Shown here in pieces: positions 23,006 through 35,689 of a stretch of DNA of 64,000 nt (position 1 is the stretch's first letter; the number at the start of each line of letters is the position of its first letter). The notes under the pieces were generated by a model, which saw only the letters and a program-made list of their open reading frames with translations, did no database searches and was not told the DNA's origin. This stretch comes from Octopus vulgaris (taxonomy: Eukaryota). The position numbers and the translations under genes are program-made. Location: assembly GCA_951406725.2 (NCBI GenBank), contig OX597816.1:58032001-58096000 (forward strand), in the 5' to 3' direction.

Positions 23006-23974
23006 GTAAATATATTAATACATATGTAATCATTGCCTTTACGCCATATTTGTTGTGCAATTTAAATAATTTCACCTTTATTTCATGGCACCACCAAGGT
23101 CAGTGCTTGTCGTGTCCGTTTAATTCTTGTAACCTTCACTTAGTTTCTCTTTTCCCGTCCTTTATTTATGTTTATATTATTTATATTCTAAACTGGGTAT
23201 TTTCTAACACCTGACATTACCTCACGTATTTAATTATGTGAGATAATTAAGAATAATGAAACATTAAGGTAAATCTGTGTGTTGTTTATAAAACCGTGTT
23301 TACAAACTGATCGTCTTTTTCACCTTTCCTACGAATACCTAAAATGGTTTTATTCTAATTCAATAACAGGTCTATTAGTTTCTAGAATGGCATCGAATTG
23401 AAAATTCTCTCGTTAATTTCACTCGTAAGTTAAATGTTGTGTAATTTTTTTTTAAAGAGAGGTGCAAGAGTGGGTGATACAGTTTCGCTCTCAGAACTTG
23501 ATGAAGGCGCCCCAAAGTGGACACTCGACTTTCTAAAAACAGCAGCTAAATCTCAAATCATACCTTATGTTTAAAAGAAAGAAACACTGTATTGAATTAT
23601 GTAGTGTTACATATTTTGTCTGTATTGACTATGATGGCTTTGCATCAGGTGATGAGAGATTGAAGTGTGAAAGAGGGAGATGAACAGGTATTTTGCCGAA
23701 GTGGAGATGATGACGGTGCTGAGGTGCCAGGATGGTGAATATAAAAGAAGTAAAACGGGTCTGGGCAGATTAAGTGGGTACACTACACTACCATTTGATA
23801 GGTGCTTTATTTTAGCGACCCTAAAAAGATGAAAGGCAGTTAATATACCTGAGTAGAGAATAACCAAAGTTTAATCTGGTCAAGAATTTAGTTAATATAT
23901 TTGGGGGATCCAAATCTCAACAACATCACACTAGATGCTTTATAGTGTTAGGGTGGCAACGCTACTGGCCACAA

Positions 23975-24440
23975 AGTCACGCACTATGGGAGATATCAAG
24001 TATGCTTTATTAGCAATGAAGTAGGCAATCCATTACAAATGTTCAACGTGTTGGCCATGTCGCTCTAAACAAGTGTTCATATGGAACTTGAAACTGCTAT
24101 GGACCCTCTCAAATAGCTCTTCCTTGCCGTTGATTTGTTCACACGGTTCAACAATTCTTTGAAGATGTCCTTGGTCATGAATCTTTTCAGAATGCCTTAA
24201 ATGTAGCCCCAGACGGAAATTAAATCTGGTGACTGTGGTGCCCATTCAATTGGTCCGTGACACCTGAGCCATTTCCCTGGAAAATGTTCATTCAGAAAAT
24301 CATGAACCTGTAATGTATAATGGAGCGGAACCCCGTCCTGCTGAAACCAGACAGGATTTCTCCTTCAAAGTGAATGCACGTGAGGCATCATCTTGTTGCC
24401 GAGCATGTCCAGATACGAATCACCTGTCACAGAGCCCTCA
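23975..24440 (-). mobile_element. Decayed Tc1/mariner-superfamily transposase 3' fragment (NDUFB9 intron 1)
   Basis: FQQDGVPLH...FLNEHFPGKW...EWAPQSPDL...HGQHVEHL. Confidence 0.7.
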
Positions 24441-24487
24441 AAAGGAGGGACAAATGTAAATAATGTAAATAATTCCTCATCTCTTAA

Positions 24488-24707
24488 CCCTTTCGTTACT
24501 GTATTTATTTAGAGATGCTCTGTGTTTCTTTCAATTACTTTAAATATAATGAAGAATTTAGTAAAATAACTTAGTTATCATTCAGCTAGTGTTAGGAACA
24601 TAAATTGTGACTAAGGTTTGGTGGAAGATTTTAATTCAAAACTTATGAAAACAGGACATTTGTACCCGGAGCCTGAGCCGGTTTCAGTCAGGTTGGTAAC
24701 GAAAGGG
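24488..24707. mobile_element. piggyBac-type MITE (second copy)
   Basis: TTAA TSD, ccctttcgttac TIRs, similar to 7470-7689. Confidence 0.8.
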
Positions 24708-24759
24708 TTAAATATAGAACTGTTTTAGGATTTGTTTCAAGTACAAAAATAAACCAAAG

Positions 24760-24945
24760 TGAAAACCAATATGGTGGATGTGCTTGTCTTTTGCTGCATA
24801 ACAGATTAAGCCTTGGTGTAATATTTGACACTGCTGAATGTAAAGCATCTTCTTTGTTTTTCAGTGTTGAACGATATTTGGTTTTAATAAGGTTTGAAGC
24901 TGGAAAAGTCGCATAGGTATATGGTGCTAAATGACAAAACATGAA
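24760..24945 (-). mobile_element. hAT transposase C-terminal remnant
   Basis: LIKTKYRSTL...LHSAVSNITPRLNLLCSKRQAHP. Confidence 0.65.
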
Positions 24946-25359
24946 ATGCCATTTCAGAAATAACAGATAAACTGAGATTCAAATATTTGAATTCAGTTTT
25001 TGCAACCCCAGCATTTCACTTCGATACCCCATTTAGGGTTGTGACCCATAGTTTAAGAAGCGGTGCCATAGAAGATACACTTTTGAAGAAGAAGAAAAAA
25101 ATGTCTCAAAACATCACCTCAAGATTGAAGGGGAAATAAGGAGAAGGATGTGATGGATGTCAAGCTTGAAGAAATAGTTGGAAGAAAGAGGCATTAAACA
25201 TCAGGAAGCAGAACTGTTACAGGAAACGAAGAACAGAGAATTATGGTAGCAGATGATTACCTGTGTCCTACATTCGGGACATGGCACCTAAAGAAAGGAA
25301 TATTCATGTGGCATTGGAAACAAAGAAACACCAAAAGGACATGGTAAAAGAGATGCACC

Positions 25360-25940
25360 CTTAAATATGGTTTCTGATTACAAATATCTTGGGTCATACA
25401 TATCATCATCTGGAAAAGATTTTCTAACTAGAAAGGGTATGGCCTGGTCAGCCTGTAATGACATGCATAAGATCTGGTCATCAAATCTAAGTAGAGACTT
25501 AGATTTGATGCCACAGTCGAACCAATTCTACTATATGGCTCAGAAACCTGGACGTTATCAAAGAAGCTTCAGAGGTGGTTGGATGGAACCTACATTTGCC
25601 TCCTTATGAGAGCTCAAAATCTCTCGTGGAAGCGTCATCCAACCAAAATGCAAATATATGGGAAACTACCACCTGTGTCATCTCTTGTGAAAGGTAGGAG
25701 AGTCCAGTTTGCTGGACATTGTTGTAGAGCTGAAAATGAGGCAATTTCTACTCTTCTCCTCTGGAAGCCATCTACTCGCAATACCAGAGGGTGCACACTC
25801 TCCTACCCTGATGTAATCTCCAGGGATACAAGCATCCAGCAACAGGACCTCTGTAATGCTATGGTGGACCGTGAAGTCTGGCGTAGCATGGTAAATTCCA
25901 TTGTCTTGACCACGGTCGAACAATGATGATGATGATGATG
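25360..25940 (+). mobile_element. RTE-like LINE 3' fragment
   Basis: DYKYLGSYI, LLYGSETWTL, RRVQFAGHCCR, DREVWR, followed by a (GAT)n tail. Confidence 0.8.
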
Positions 25941-26617
25941 AAAAGAGATATTCTGAGTAGCAGTTGTCCCCAGGCACAGGTGTGAAGGAGTACAATATTT
26001 TATGTGACCTAGCTTGTATATTAATGAAGCTGACTTGGGTACAAAGCATGGGGAAGCCTTGATGTACTATAGCTGGAAGCTCACTTGTAAAAGGACTAAT
26101 GGAGCTGGTGGTTCTCTCTATAAGAATCATCATCATCATCGTTTAATGTCCGCTTTCCATGCTGGCATAGATTGGATAGTTTGACTGGGGTCTGGAGAGC
26201 TAGCAGGTGCACCAGGCTTCAATCTGATCTGCCAATGGATGCCCTTCCTAACGCCAACCACTCTGAGAGTGTAGTGGGTGCCTTTTACGTGCCACTCAAG
26301 TGGTACTGACATTGTCACCGGAATGAGAGCAGTCAGTTGGCACTGGCATTGACCACGCTTGAATGGTGCTTTTTATGTGTCACCAGCATGGGAGCCAGTC
26401 AGGCAGCACTGGTTTATCCAGTCATGCTTTACATTCTATAGAAAGGTTAAGGGAAGTTAAGAGAGACACGAGCTAACATAAGAGGTGCAGGATGAATGCA
26501 TATAATAAGCTTGGTGGCAGGCAATGAATAAAGGATTACAATTCATACACAATGGCAAAAAGGAGAAGGAAGAGAGGGAGTAAATGACATTATTTATGGG
26601 AGGAGTTGTGCATATTG

Positions 26618-26940
26618 TGAAGTCGCATGGCTTAGTGGTTAGGGCATTTGGCTCGTGATCATAAGGTCGTGAGTTCAAGTCTCGGCAATGTGTTGTGTCC
26701 TTGAGCAAGACACTTTACTTCATGTTGCTCCAGTCCACTCAGCTGGCAAAAATGAGTAGTACCTGTATTTCAAAGGGCCAGTCTTGTCACACCCTGTGTC
26801 ATGCTGAATCTCCCTGAGCTATGTTAAGGGTGCATGTGTCTGTGGTGTGCTCAGCCACTTGCGCATTAATTTCACGAGCAGGCTGTGCCGTTGATTGTGT
26901 CAGCTGGGACCCTCGTCGGCGTAACTCATGGAGTGCTCCT
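26618..26940 (+). mobile_element. tRNA-derived SINE (family C)
   Basis: A-box TGGCTTAGTGG, B-box GAGTTCAAGTC, CORE-like ccttgagcaagacactt. Reverse-strand relatives at about 55160-55432 and 58020-58390. Confidence 0.7.
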
Positions 26941-27205
26941 CCTCTCCTCTATACAAATTAGGAGAAATAATTAGCATATTCAAATGAGAATCTGTTTTGT
27001 ATATGACTGGCTTAGTCAACCTGGATCTATAGTAGTAGGACACTTACACAAGGTGCCATGCGCTGGTATTGAACCCAGAACCATGTGGTTGAGAAGCAGA
27101 CTTCTTACCACACAACTACTCCTGCGTCTAATATTTCTTATATTTTGAACAACTGCTTCAATCCATTTCTGAGATGAAACTACTGCAATAGGGCAATTAT
27201 TTTGC

Positions 27206-27790
27206 TTATTTACAATGGATGGATATGTGTCCTCATCATGTTCGTAGTTATCACAATATTTCGGCTGATGTACTTTCCAGCCTTCATCAGGTGATCTGGT
27301 GGAATTTTCGAACCCAGTCCTTTATTTGACTAATGGGGTAAACTGTTCTCATTCCTAAAGTATGTGGCTGATATTATTTTTCAAGTCTCTGCCTAAGACT
27401 GAACTTAGAATCTGAGGGTTAGTAGCCTCCACTTTTATCCAGTATTAAGAAAAGATAAAATACTAGGTTTATAAGGCCTAAAATTCACTCTATAATATAG
27501 AGTAGTGGATAAGAGCGTGGACTACTAACCCTCATTCTGAGTTCAATCCCAGGTAGGGACTTGAAAAATAATATCAAAAGAAAAATAACATCAGCAACAT
27601 ATCTTAGGAATAAGAGGAGTGTGCCCCATTAGTCAAACAAAAGGGTTGGGTTTGAAATTTCACCAGAACGCCTGATGAAGGCTGGAGAGTATATCAGCCA
27701 AAACATTGTGGTAACAACAAACAAGATGGGGACACCTATCCATCCAATGTAAATAATGTACATAATTCCTCATCCCCAAAATATAGAATA
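27206..27790. mobile_element. PLE-like inverted terminal-repeat remnant (same family as 15891-16303) in NDUFB9 intron 1
   Basis: Two oppositely oriented copies of cctgatgaaggctgga..tcagcc. Confidence 0.65.
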
Positions 27791-28240
27791 GAATTATTTT
27801 GCTATTTTCATGATCATCAGTATTTAACATGTTTTCCATGCTGGAATGGGCGAACGATTTGCCAGGAGCTGGCAAGGTCATGGGGCTTCACCAGGATCCA
27901 GTTATCTAATTTGGCATGGTGACTACAGCTGAATGCCCTTCCTAATGCCAACCACGTGCAAGAGTGTATCAGGTGCTTTTTTACATGGCACCAGCACTGA
28001 CAAGGGTCACCAGGTAACCTGCAAGACAAAGACCCTTTGACTTGGGAGGTGCACATTAGTATTGAGTGGGTATGGCTTTGTGCCAGTTGGGAGATTTAGG
28101 GTATAAAAGGGACAGATGTAGGTGCCTCACTGTAGGGTCCATCCATGGGTCCCCCAGTTGGAAAACAAAGAAGAATGAGTTATCTTTGTTCATCACTAAT
28201 TAATGTTTTAAAACAATTTATCTTTTGTTCTGTTTACTAG

Positions 28241-28383
28241 GGTTGAAATGCGCTACTGGAGTGTCCTTCTGAGAGCTAAGTTTGATGAACATAAAAATGA
28301 AATTGACTTTAGGAAGGCGAAAGAACTTCTGATGGCTGGGGAACAAAAGTTATGGGAAAACCAACACCCTCAACCTTACCTGT
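28241..28383 (+). CDS. NDUFB9: NDUFB9 exon 2
   Basis: Acceptor tttactag|, (R)VEMRYWSVLLRAKFDEHKNEIDFRKAKELLMAGEQKLWENQHPQPYL, donor |gtaagt (phase 1). Confidence 0.95.
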
Positions 28384-28559
28384 GTAAGTATTGAACTGTG
28401 TGTGAGAGAGAGATGCAGGTGTGGCTGTGTGATGAGAAAGCTTGCTTCCCAGCTGTTGTGGAGTTTCAGGTTTTGTCCCATTGCATGCCATCTTAGACGG
28501 CTGTTTTCTATTGCTTTGAGCTGGCAAAAGTCTTGGATAGAGTAGATGGCCAATTTAAA

Positions 28560-29140
28560 AAATAAGTCTATATTCTTGAAAAACTGAACTTAAACAAAGA
28601 TTTAATTATTCAAAATATGATCCTTGGACAGTTGGGCATTTCTCCCATCAATTAACAAAGTCATTTATGCCTCTTCGATAAAAATCCGAAGGTTTCGATG
28701 CCAAGAAATTCTTGAATTCAGTTTCGACCTCAGTTTTGGAACAGAAGTTTTTTTGTCTTAAAAAGGTATCTAGATGTTTGAAATAGTGGTGGTCATTGGG
28801 TGAAAAATCAGGAGAATATGGATGATATGGTAAAGTCGTACTCCAAGTCTGTGAGTTTCGGCATTGTCATTCTAGAAACGTGTGAGCAATGTAGTGGAGC
28901 AGAATTGGACCAAATCGATTAACAAGTGCAGGTCTCATTTTTCTCAAGTGGACCTGCATTTCTTTCAGTTGCTTACAGTGAACTTCTAATGTAATGCTCT
29001 GGTTTGGTTCCAGAAAGCTGTAATGGATGACACCACTAGCAGACCACCAGACAGTCACCATGGTCTTTTGCTGATGCAACTTCAGTTTTGGGAAATGTTT
29101 GGATGCTTCATCATGATCAAGCCATTGACCACTTTTGATT
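28560..29140 (-). mobile_element. mariner transposase 3' fragment (NDUFB9 intron 2)
   Basis: LHQQKTMVTVWWSASGVIHYSFL...GPILLH, then HPYSPDFSPNDHHYFKHL. Confidence 0.85.
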
Positions 29141-29528
29141 GTCGTAGAGGATTCTGCTGGTGAGCTGGCAGAATTGTTAACATGCCATGTGAAATGCTTA
29201 GCAGTATTTCGTCTGTCTTCATGTTCTGAGTTCAAATATTGCCAGGGTCGACTTTGGGTCTTAAAGAAATAGGTATTTGTCTTCAGTCCTCTGTGAAAAA
29301 CATATTTGGCCATGTTTGGTAAATATTACAGTGCATGGAAACAAGTAAGGGTTGGTGACAGGGAGGGCATCTGGCCGTAGAAAAATTTGCCTCAACAATA
29401 TTCCGTCTAACCTGTAATTAAACATGGAAAAGTGAACATTAATAATATTTGAAAGGGAAATAATGATTGTGTGTGCGTGTTGAAAATATTCTTAGTCATG
29501 TCTAAATATTGTCTTCAATGCTTTACAG

Positions 29529-29584
29529 ATGCTCATTCTCCAGGCGGAATTTGTTATGGCCGAGAAGTCAAGCTACCTGATTGG
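29529..29584 (+). CDS. NDUFB9: NDUFB9 exon 3
   Basis: Acceptor ctttacag|, (Y)AHSPGGICYGREVKLPDW, donor |gtaaga (phase 0). Confidence 0.93.
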
Positions 29585-30714
29585 GTAAGAATACCATTAT
29601 TCCGTTATCAGTATTACTTGAAATCGTCTTTCATTTGGTTTATTTACTCTCATGTTAAGACTCACAGAAGGGGATGAGAGGGGACCAAGACTCCTGGTGG
29701 TTTGTTGTGCTTAAAAAAAACTCAACAAGCTAAATAAAATCATGGTTACCCCTGTATGAAGGACTGTCTCCTGCAACCTTCTCCAGCTGAACATTCCTAA
29801 ACTTGTGGGCTCGTGGGTGCTGGTTGATAGCACCCAGTACACTCTGTAAAGTGGTTGGTGTTAGGAATGGTATCCAGCCATAGAAACCACGCCAAATCAG
29901 GCATGGAACCTGAGCAGCTCTTCATATTCTGTCAGCCTTTTTGTTACTAAACCAGTAATTTATGGGTTTGTAAACAAATCAGCAGTGGTTGTGAAGTAAG
30001 GTGGGTGGGGAGTACACACAAACACATCATCACCATCATTCATTTAACATCCATTGTCCATGCTGGCATGGGTTGGACAGTTTGACCAGGGCTGGTAAGC
30101 TGGAAGGCTGCACCAAACTCCAGTCTGATTTGGCATGGTTTCTACAGCTGGATGTCTTTCCTAATACCAACCACTTTACAGTGTGTAATGAGTGCTTTTA
30201 CGTGGCACAGGTGCCATTTGAGTGACACCGGTATCTGCCATGACTGTGATTTTGCTTGGCTTGATTGGTCTTCTTCCCAAGCACAACATAATGCCAAAGG
30301 TCTTGGTTATTGCCTTCCTGATGCCCAACACGTGAAAGGAGCTTTTCATCTTTCACCGATATTGACCAACGCCGGAAAGGTGCATTTCACATGCCACTGG
30401 CACAGGTGCCAGTTACGTGGCACCAGCATCAGCCACGACAACAATTTCTCTTGGCTTGACGGGTCTTATGTATGTATACACACACACATGCATGCACACA
30501 CGCATATACATACATATATATTTATTATGCAAGAATGTTGTTGACAGTAACTATTGAAGTTTCGGCTCATGGCTTAGCTAGCTAAAACTTCGAAGTCACT
30601 GTTGACTAAAAATAAATTCATACCCTACAAAAGTATAGAGTAACTCATTGGATTAATGTAAAATTGTTTTTATTGTAAATGAACATAAAAAGAAACATTA
30701 ATATATATATATTA

Positions 30715-31131
30715 TGCTTTTACTTGTTTCAGTCATTTGACTGCGGCCATGCTGGAGCACTGCCTCTAATCGAGCAACTCGACCCCCGGGACTTATTCTT
30801 TTGCAAGCCCAGTACTTATTCTATCGGTCTCTTTTGCCGAACCACTAAGTAACGGGGACATAAACACACGAGCATCGGTTGTCAAGCAATGCTAGGGGGA
30901 CAAACACATAAGCACAAACACGCATACATATATATATATATACATATATACGACGGGCTTCTTTCAGTTTCCGTCTACCAAATCCACTCACAAGGCTTTG
31001 GTCAGCCCGAGGCTATACTAGAAGACCGTGCAGTGGGACTGAACCTGGAACCATGTGGCTGGTAAACAAGCTACTTACCACACAGCCACTCCTGCGCCTA
31101 TTTTCATATATACATACATATACACACACGC

Positions 31132-31168
<37 letters not shown>

Positions 31169-31557
31169 AGTGGCTGTGTGGTAAGTAGCTTGCTAACCAA
31201 CCACATGGTTCCGGGTTCAGTCCCACTGCGTGGCATCTTGGGCAAGTGTCTTCTGCTATAGCCCCAGGCCGACCAATGCCTTGTGAGTAGATTTGGTAGA
31301 TGGAAACTGAAAGAAGCCTGTCGTATATATGTATATATATATGGTGTGTGTGTGTATATGTTTGTCCCCCTAGCATTGCTTGACAACCGATGCTGGTGTG
31401 TTTACATCCCCGTTACTTAGCGGTTCGGCAAAAGAGACCGATAGAATAAGTACTGGGCTTACAAAGAATAAGTCCCGGGGTCGATTTGCTCGATTAAAGG
31501 CGGTGCTCCAGCATGGCCGCAGTCAAATGACTGAAACAAGTAAAAGAGTAAAGAGTA
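30715..31557. mobile_element. Head-to-head pair of family A SINEs (30715-31097 on -, 31166-31557 on +)
   Basis: Two near-complete copies in opposite orientation separated by about 70 bp of TA/CA repeat. Confidence 0.85.
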
Positions 31558-31697
31558 ATATATGACAAAATATATAAAATGATATACGATCTGATGTGTC
31601 TCTCTGTCTTTCCCACCTCTCTCCCTCTCTCTCTCTTCAGTTCATTTAGTTCTTACGACTCTCTATAAGATTTTGTTGCTTAAATTTATGTCCATAA

Positions 31698-31860
31698 AGG
31701 TGCAAGAGTGACTGTGTGGTAAGTAGCTTGCTTACTAATTGCATGATTCTGGGTTCAGTCCCACTGCGTGGCACCTTGGACAGGTGTCTTCTACTATAGC
31801 CTCAGGCCGACCAAAGCCTTGTAAGTGGATTTGGTCGATGGAAACTGAAAGAAGCCCGTC

Positions 31861-31908
<48 letters not shown>

Positions 31909-32065
31909 ATATGTTTGTGTGTCAACCGATGCTGGTGTGTTCTTAGTGGTTCGGCAAAATAGCTCGAAGGATAAGTATTAGGCTTGCAAAGAATAAGTTC
32001 TGCGGTCGTTTTGCTCGACTGAAGGTTGTGCTCCAGCATGGCCGCAGTCAAATGACTGAAACATT
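31698..32065 (+). mobile_element. Family A SINE
   Basis: Same head, core and ctccagcatggccgcagtcaaatgactgaaac tail as 5366-5775. Confidence 0.8.
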
Positions 32066-32910
32066 AAAAAAAATCTGGTTTAATTAAACTTTGATTTAGC
32101 AGTGTTCACAGGACAAAGGGAGGTAAGTCACTATTGAATTATGTCCCTTTGAAAGTAAGCTTCTGAGATTACTCCGTGTACAATTCAGTCAGTGTGTCAA
32201 TGGGACTGCGGTGAAGAACAGAGACAATCCTGTTCAGACCATCCCTCAGACAGTGAGTATCTACAACCATATTTTCGAACATCTGTCTTTGCGAAAGGAA
32301 CCCATCGGGAGAGTAGCAATTCTCTCGATGGTCTGAGTTTTCAGAAAAAACAACCTTTGATTAAGACGTGGGTTGTAATGGTGGAGTGGTGTGTCCTCAA
32401 TTGTTGTAGTAGTAGTAGTAGTTGTGGCGGTGGTGTTAGTAGTAGCGGTGGTGTTATAGTAGTAGTGGTAGTAGTGGCGGTGGTGTTAGTAGTAGTTGTA
32501 GTAGTAGTAGTGGCGGTGGTGTTAGTAGTAGTAGTAGTGAAAGAGACATTGTGTTATACTATAGATAGCGACCAGCACTGATATGTATTCTGCTGTGGTG
32601 GATGGGTTCTCGAGTACAGTAAGGGGCCAAATGTCGCAGTCCTTTGTAAGTTTCAGCCTCTTGACATTGGCCTTCGTCCCGTGCCTTCCTGGGTCTCCCT
32701 TTTCCACGAGTTCCATCCATTTTAAGTGATTGGCACTTCTGTGTGCAACTGTCATCAGCCATATAGGAATGGCTCTATGGTAAGAAGCTTGCTTACCAAC
32801 CACATGATTCTGGGTTCAGTCCCACGGGCAAAGTGTCTTCTACTATAGTCTCGGGCCTACCAAAGCCTTGTAAGTGGATTTGATAGACAGAAACTGAAAG
32901 AAGCTTTGTC

Positions 32911-32956
<46 letters not shown>

Positions 32957-32960
<4 letters not shown>

Positions 32961-33363
32961 CACATGTCATCAGTAATTATTCAGGGTAGGCAGTTGGTGA
33001 CGCTTTTTGTAGTAAAACACATAAAAAATTAAGCGAAACAGGCACGCGACTGAATTGGAGGCAGGTTTACTTTAACCTTTATAGTGCATAAAGAAAACGT
33101 TTTTGTAGGAATGTACGCAGCACATGTACTACAGCAGTCCTATGTGTAGCTTTAAAACTGAGATTGAAAGGCAGGGGCGAATTATGCCTACCTAATCTAC
33201 AAAAAGATAAAATATTTTACATTTTATGCATAGTAATCAGAGTAACCTTCATAGTTTTATTGAATTAGGTTCATATTTTGCCATAAAAGGAAAATGTTAC
33301 TAATGATCTACTTTATTCAGGGTAGGCACTGCCTACCTTGCCTATCCAGGTGGCATGTCCCTG
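32957..33363. mobile_element. Probable MITE (degenerate CAG...CTG TIRs, internal tcagggtaggca repeats)
   Basis: cagacacatgtcatc at the left end versus cagggacatgccacc (reverse complement of the right end). Confidence 0.4.
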
Positions 33364-33394
<31 letters not shown>

Positions 33395-34019
33395 CACACA
33401 CGACAGAGTGTAAGCACCCTGAGAGAAATGTTGGACATAAGAAGCATCGGATGTGGCGTGCAGGAGAGACGTTTACGTTGGTATGGTCATGTACTATAGA
33501 TGGAGGAAGAGAGATGTGTGAAGAAGTGCCACTCCCAAACAGTTGAAGGAATCCGGGGTAGAGGTAGACCTAGGACGACATGGAATGTCTTTGAACGCTG
33601 GGCCTCTCAGAGGCAATGACGAAAGACCAAGACCTCTGGAGATATGCTGTGACTGTGAAGATCCAGCAAATGATGTGAGTTCATGGCTTGCAGGATGGCT
33701 TGCTGTGCTTACGTTGGATCGTAGAGCGACCTGCTGTGCTTGAGGAGACATCATCATTGTTGTTTAGCATCCGGTTTCCATGCTGGCATGGGTTGGATGG
33801 TTTCACTGAGGTCTGGAGAGCCAGCGGCTGCACCAGGCTCCAGTCTGATGATAATGATATGTATGCATGTGTGTGTGTATATATATACATGTATGTATGC
33901 ATATGTGTGTATATATATACATGTATGTATGCATATGTGTGTATGTATATATATGTATGTATGCATGTGTGTATGTATATATATGTATGTATGCATATGT
34001 GTGTGTATATGTGTATGTC

Positions 34020-34056
<37 letters not shown>

Positions 34057-34077
34057 GTATGTATGCATGTGTGTATG

Positions 34078-34118
<41 letters not shown>

Positions 34119-35071
34119 CAAGCTTCTTTCAGTTTCTGTCTGCCAAATACATTGACAAGGCTTTGGTCAGCTCAAGGCTATAGTAGAAGACACTTACCCA
34201 AGGTGCCATGCAGTGGGACTGAACCCAGAACTATGTGGTTGGGAAGCAAGCTTCTCAGCATAAAGCAGAAGGGTGACAGTAGGTTTGAGATTTCAGCCTG
34301 CTGGCCTTCCTCAGATTGTTGATGTTGCTCTCATCACTCTTGTTGCTGCTGGAGGACAGTAAATATGTTGAGGAATTTTTCAGTTTAACATAAAATTGTT
34401 TTTATTTTAACTTGTCATAGAAACAAACATTAATATTTATGTGTAGACATGCTGTGCTTGAGGAGATCTATTGAATCAAGTACATCATCATCATCATCAT
34501 TCAACGTCCGTTTTCCATGCTAGCATGGGTTGGATGGTTCGATTGGGGTCTGGTAAGCCATGGAGGCTGCACCAGGTTCCAGTCTGATTTGGCAGTGTTT
34601 CTACAGCTGGATGCCCTTCGTAATGCCAACCATTCCGTGAGTGTAGTGGGTGTTTTTTACGTGCCACCTGCACAAGGGCCAGAGCAGGCTGGCATCTGCC
34701 ACGTTCGGACAGTGCCAAAATCAAATGGAAATTGTAGTTGTGGTCCCTGTGTTAGTGGCACGTAAAAAGCACCATCCAATCGTGAACGATGCCAGTCCCG
34801 CTTTGACTGGCTTCCATGCCGGTGGCACGTAAAAAGCACCATCCGATCATGGTCGATGCCAGCTCCTCTGGCATGTAAAAAACACACACTACACTCTCGG
34901 AGTGGTTGGAGTTAGGAAGGGCATCCAGCTGTTGAAACTTTGCCAGATCAGATTGAGTGGTGCAGTCTCCTGGCTTCCCAGACCCCAGTCGAACCATCCA
35001 ACCCATGCTAGCATGAAAAATGGATGTTAAATGATTATGATGATGATGACATAGATGGATGCATGTAGATA

Positions 35072-35602
35072 TAGGGTGGGGGCAGAAGGGACAGACATTT
35101 TTGAAAAATTCACAAAATCATTGATTTTTGGTGCAAACAAATTTTATTGACATCAATGTGTCAGTTTTGAATTAGCTTTTGTCAAAATCAAGTGTGGAAA
35201 ACAACATCCATCGTGTAGTGTCTGTTTTCATTGATGCGTTTCTAAAGGTGTTCTTGGAAGTTGTTCTCCACTCTCTCCAGCATAGTCCCATGGTTTTAAC
35301 TATTGCCCAACGACCAATTTGTACTGAGTTATTCATGCAAAATACGCCTTACCGATCAATTACCAATGCCAAGTTCAGTGGAATGCCTTTGAGCAGATTG
35401 ATTCGGACTCTGTATCAAAGCTTGTCTGACGCATAACTGTCGTAGGCAAACATGAGTTGCTCTTTCGTCCAGAACACCATGGCTTCACCTGAAAAGAAAA
35501 AAAATTGCACAGACTAAATTGTACCTGTCGGACAAATGGTCCTTCTCCTTGGGGCTGAGTAACAGCCATTTCAAAAACGCCCATTCTCTCTGCCCTGCCT
35601 TG
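35072..35602 (-). mobile_element. Internally deleted Tc1/mariner-like element
   Basis: Imperfect TIRs agggtgggggcagaagggacagacatttttgaaa / tttcaaaaacgcccattctctctgccctgcct, TA-flanked. Confidence 0.5.
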
Positions 35603-35689
35603 TATATTAGTATAACAAATAATTATGAGCAGGAAACTGGTTATGATATTCAAAGCTTTATAGGATCTACATGTGTTTCAACAGAATGC

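Noticed and set aside
33681-34183. YI/HT/VC-rich ORFs here and throughout the track
   Set aside because: Translations of (TA)n, (CA)n, (TATG)n and (TATC)n microsatellites.
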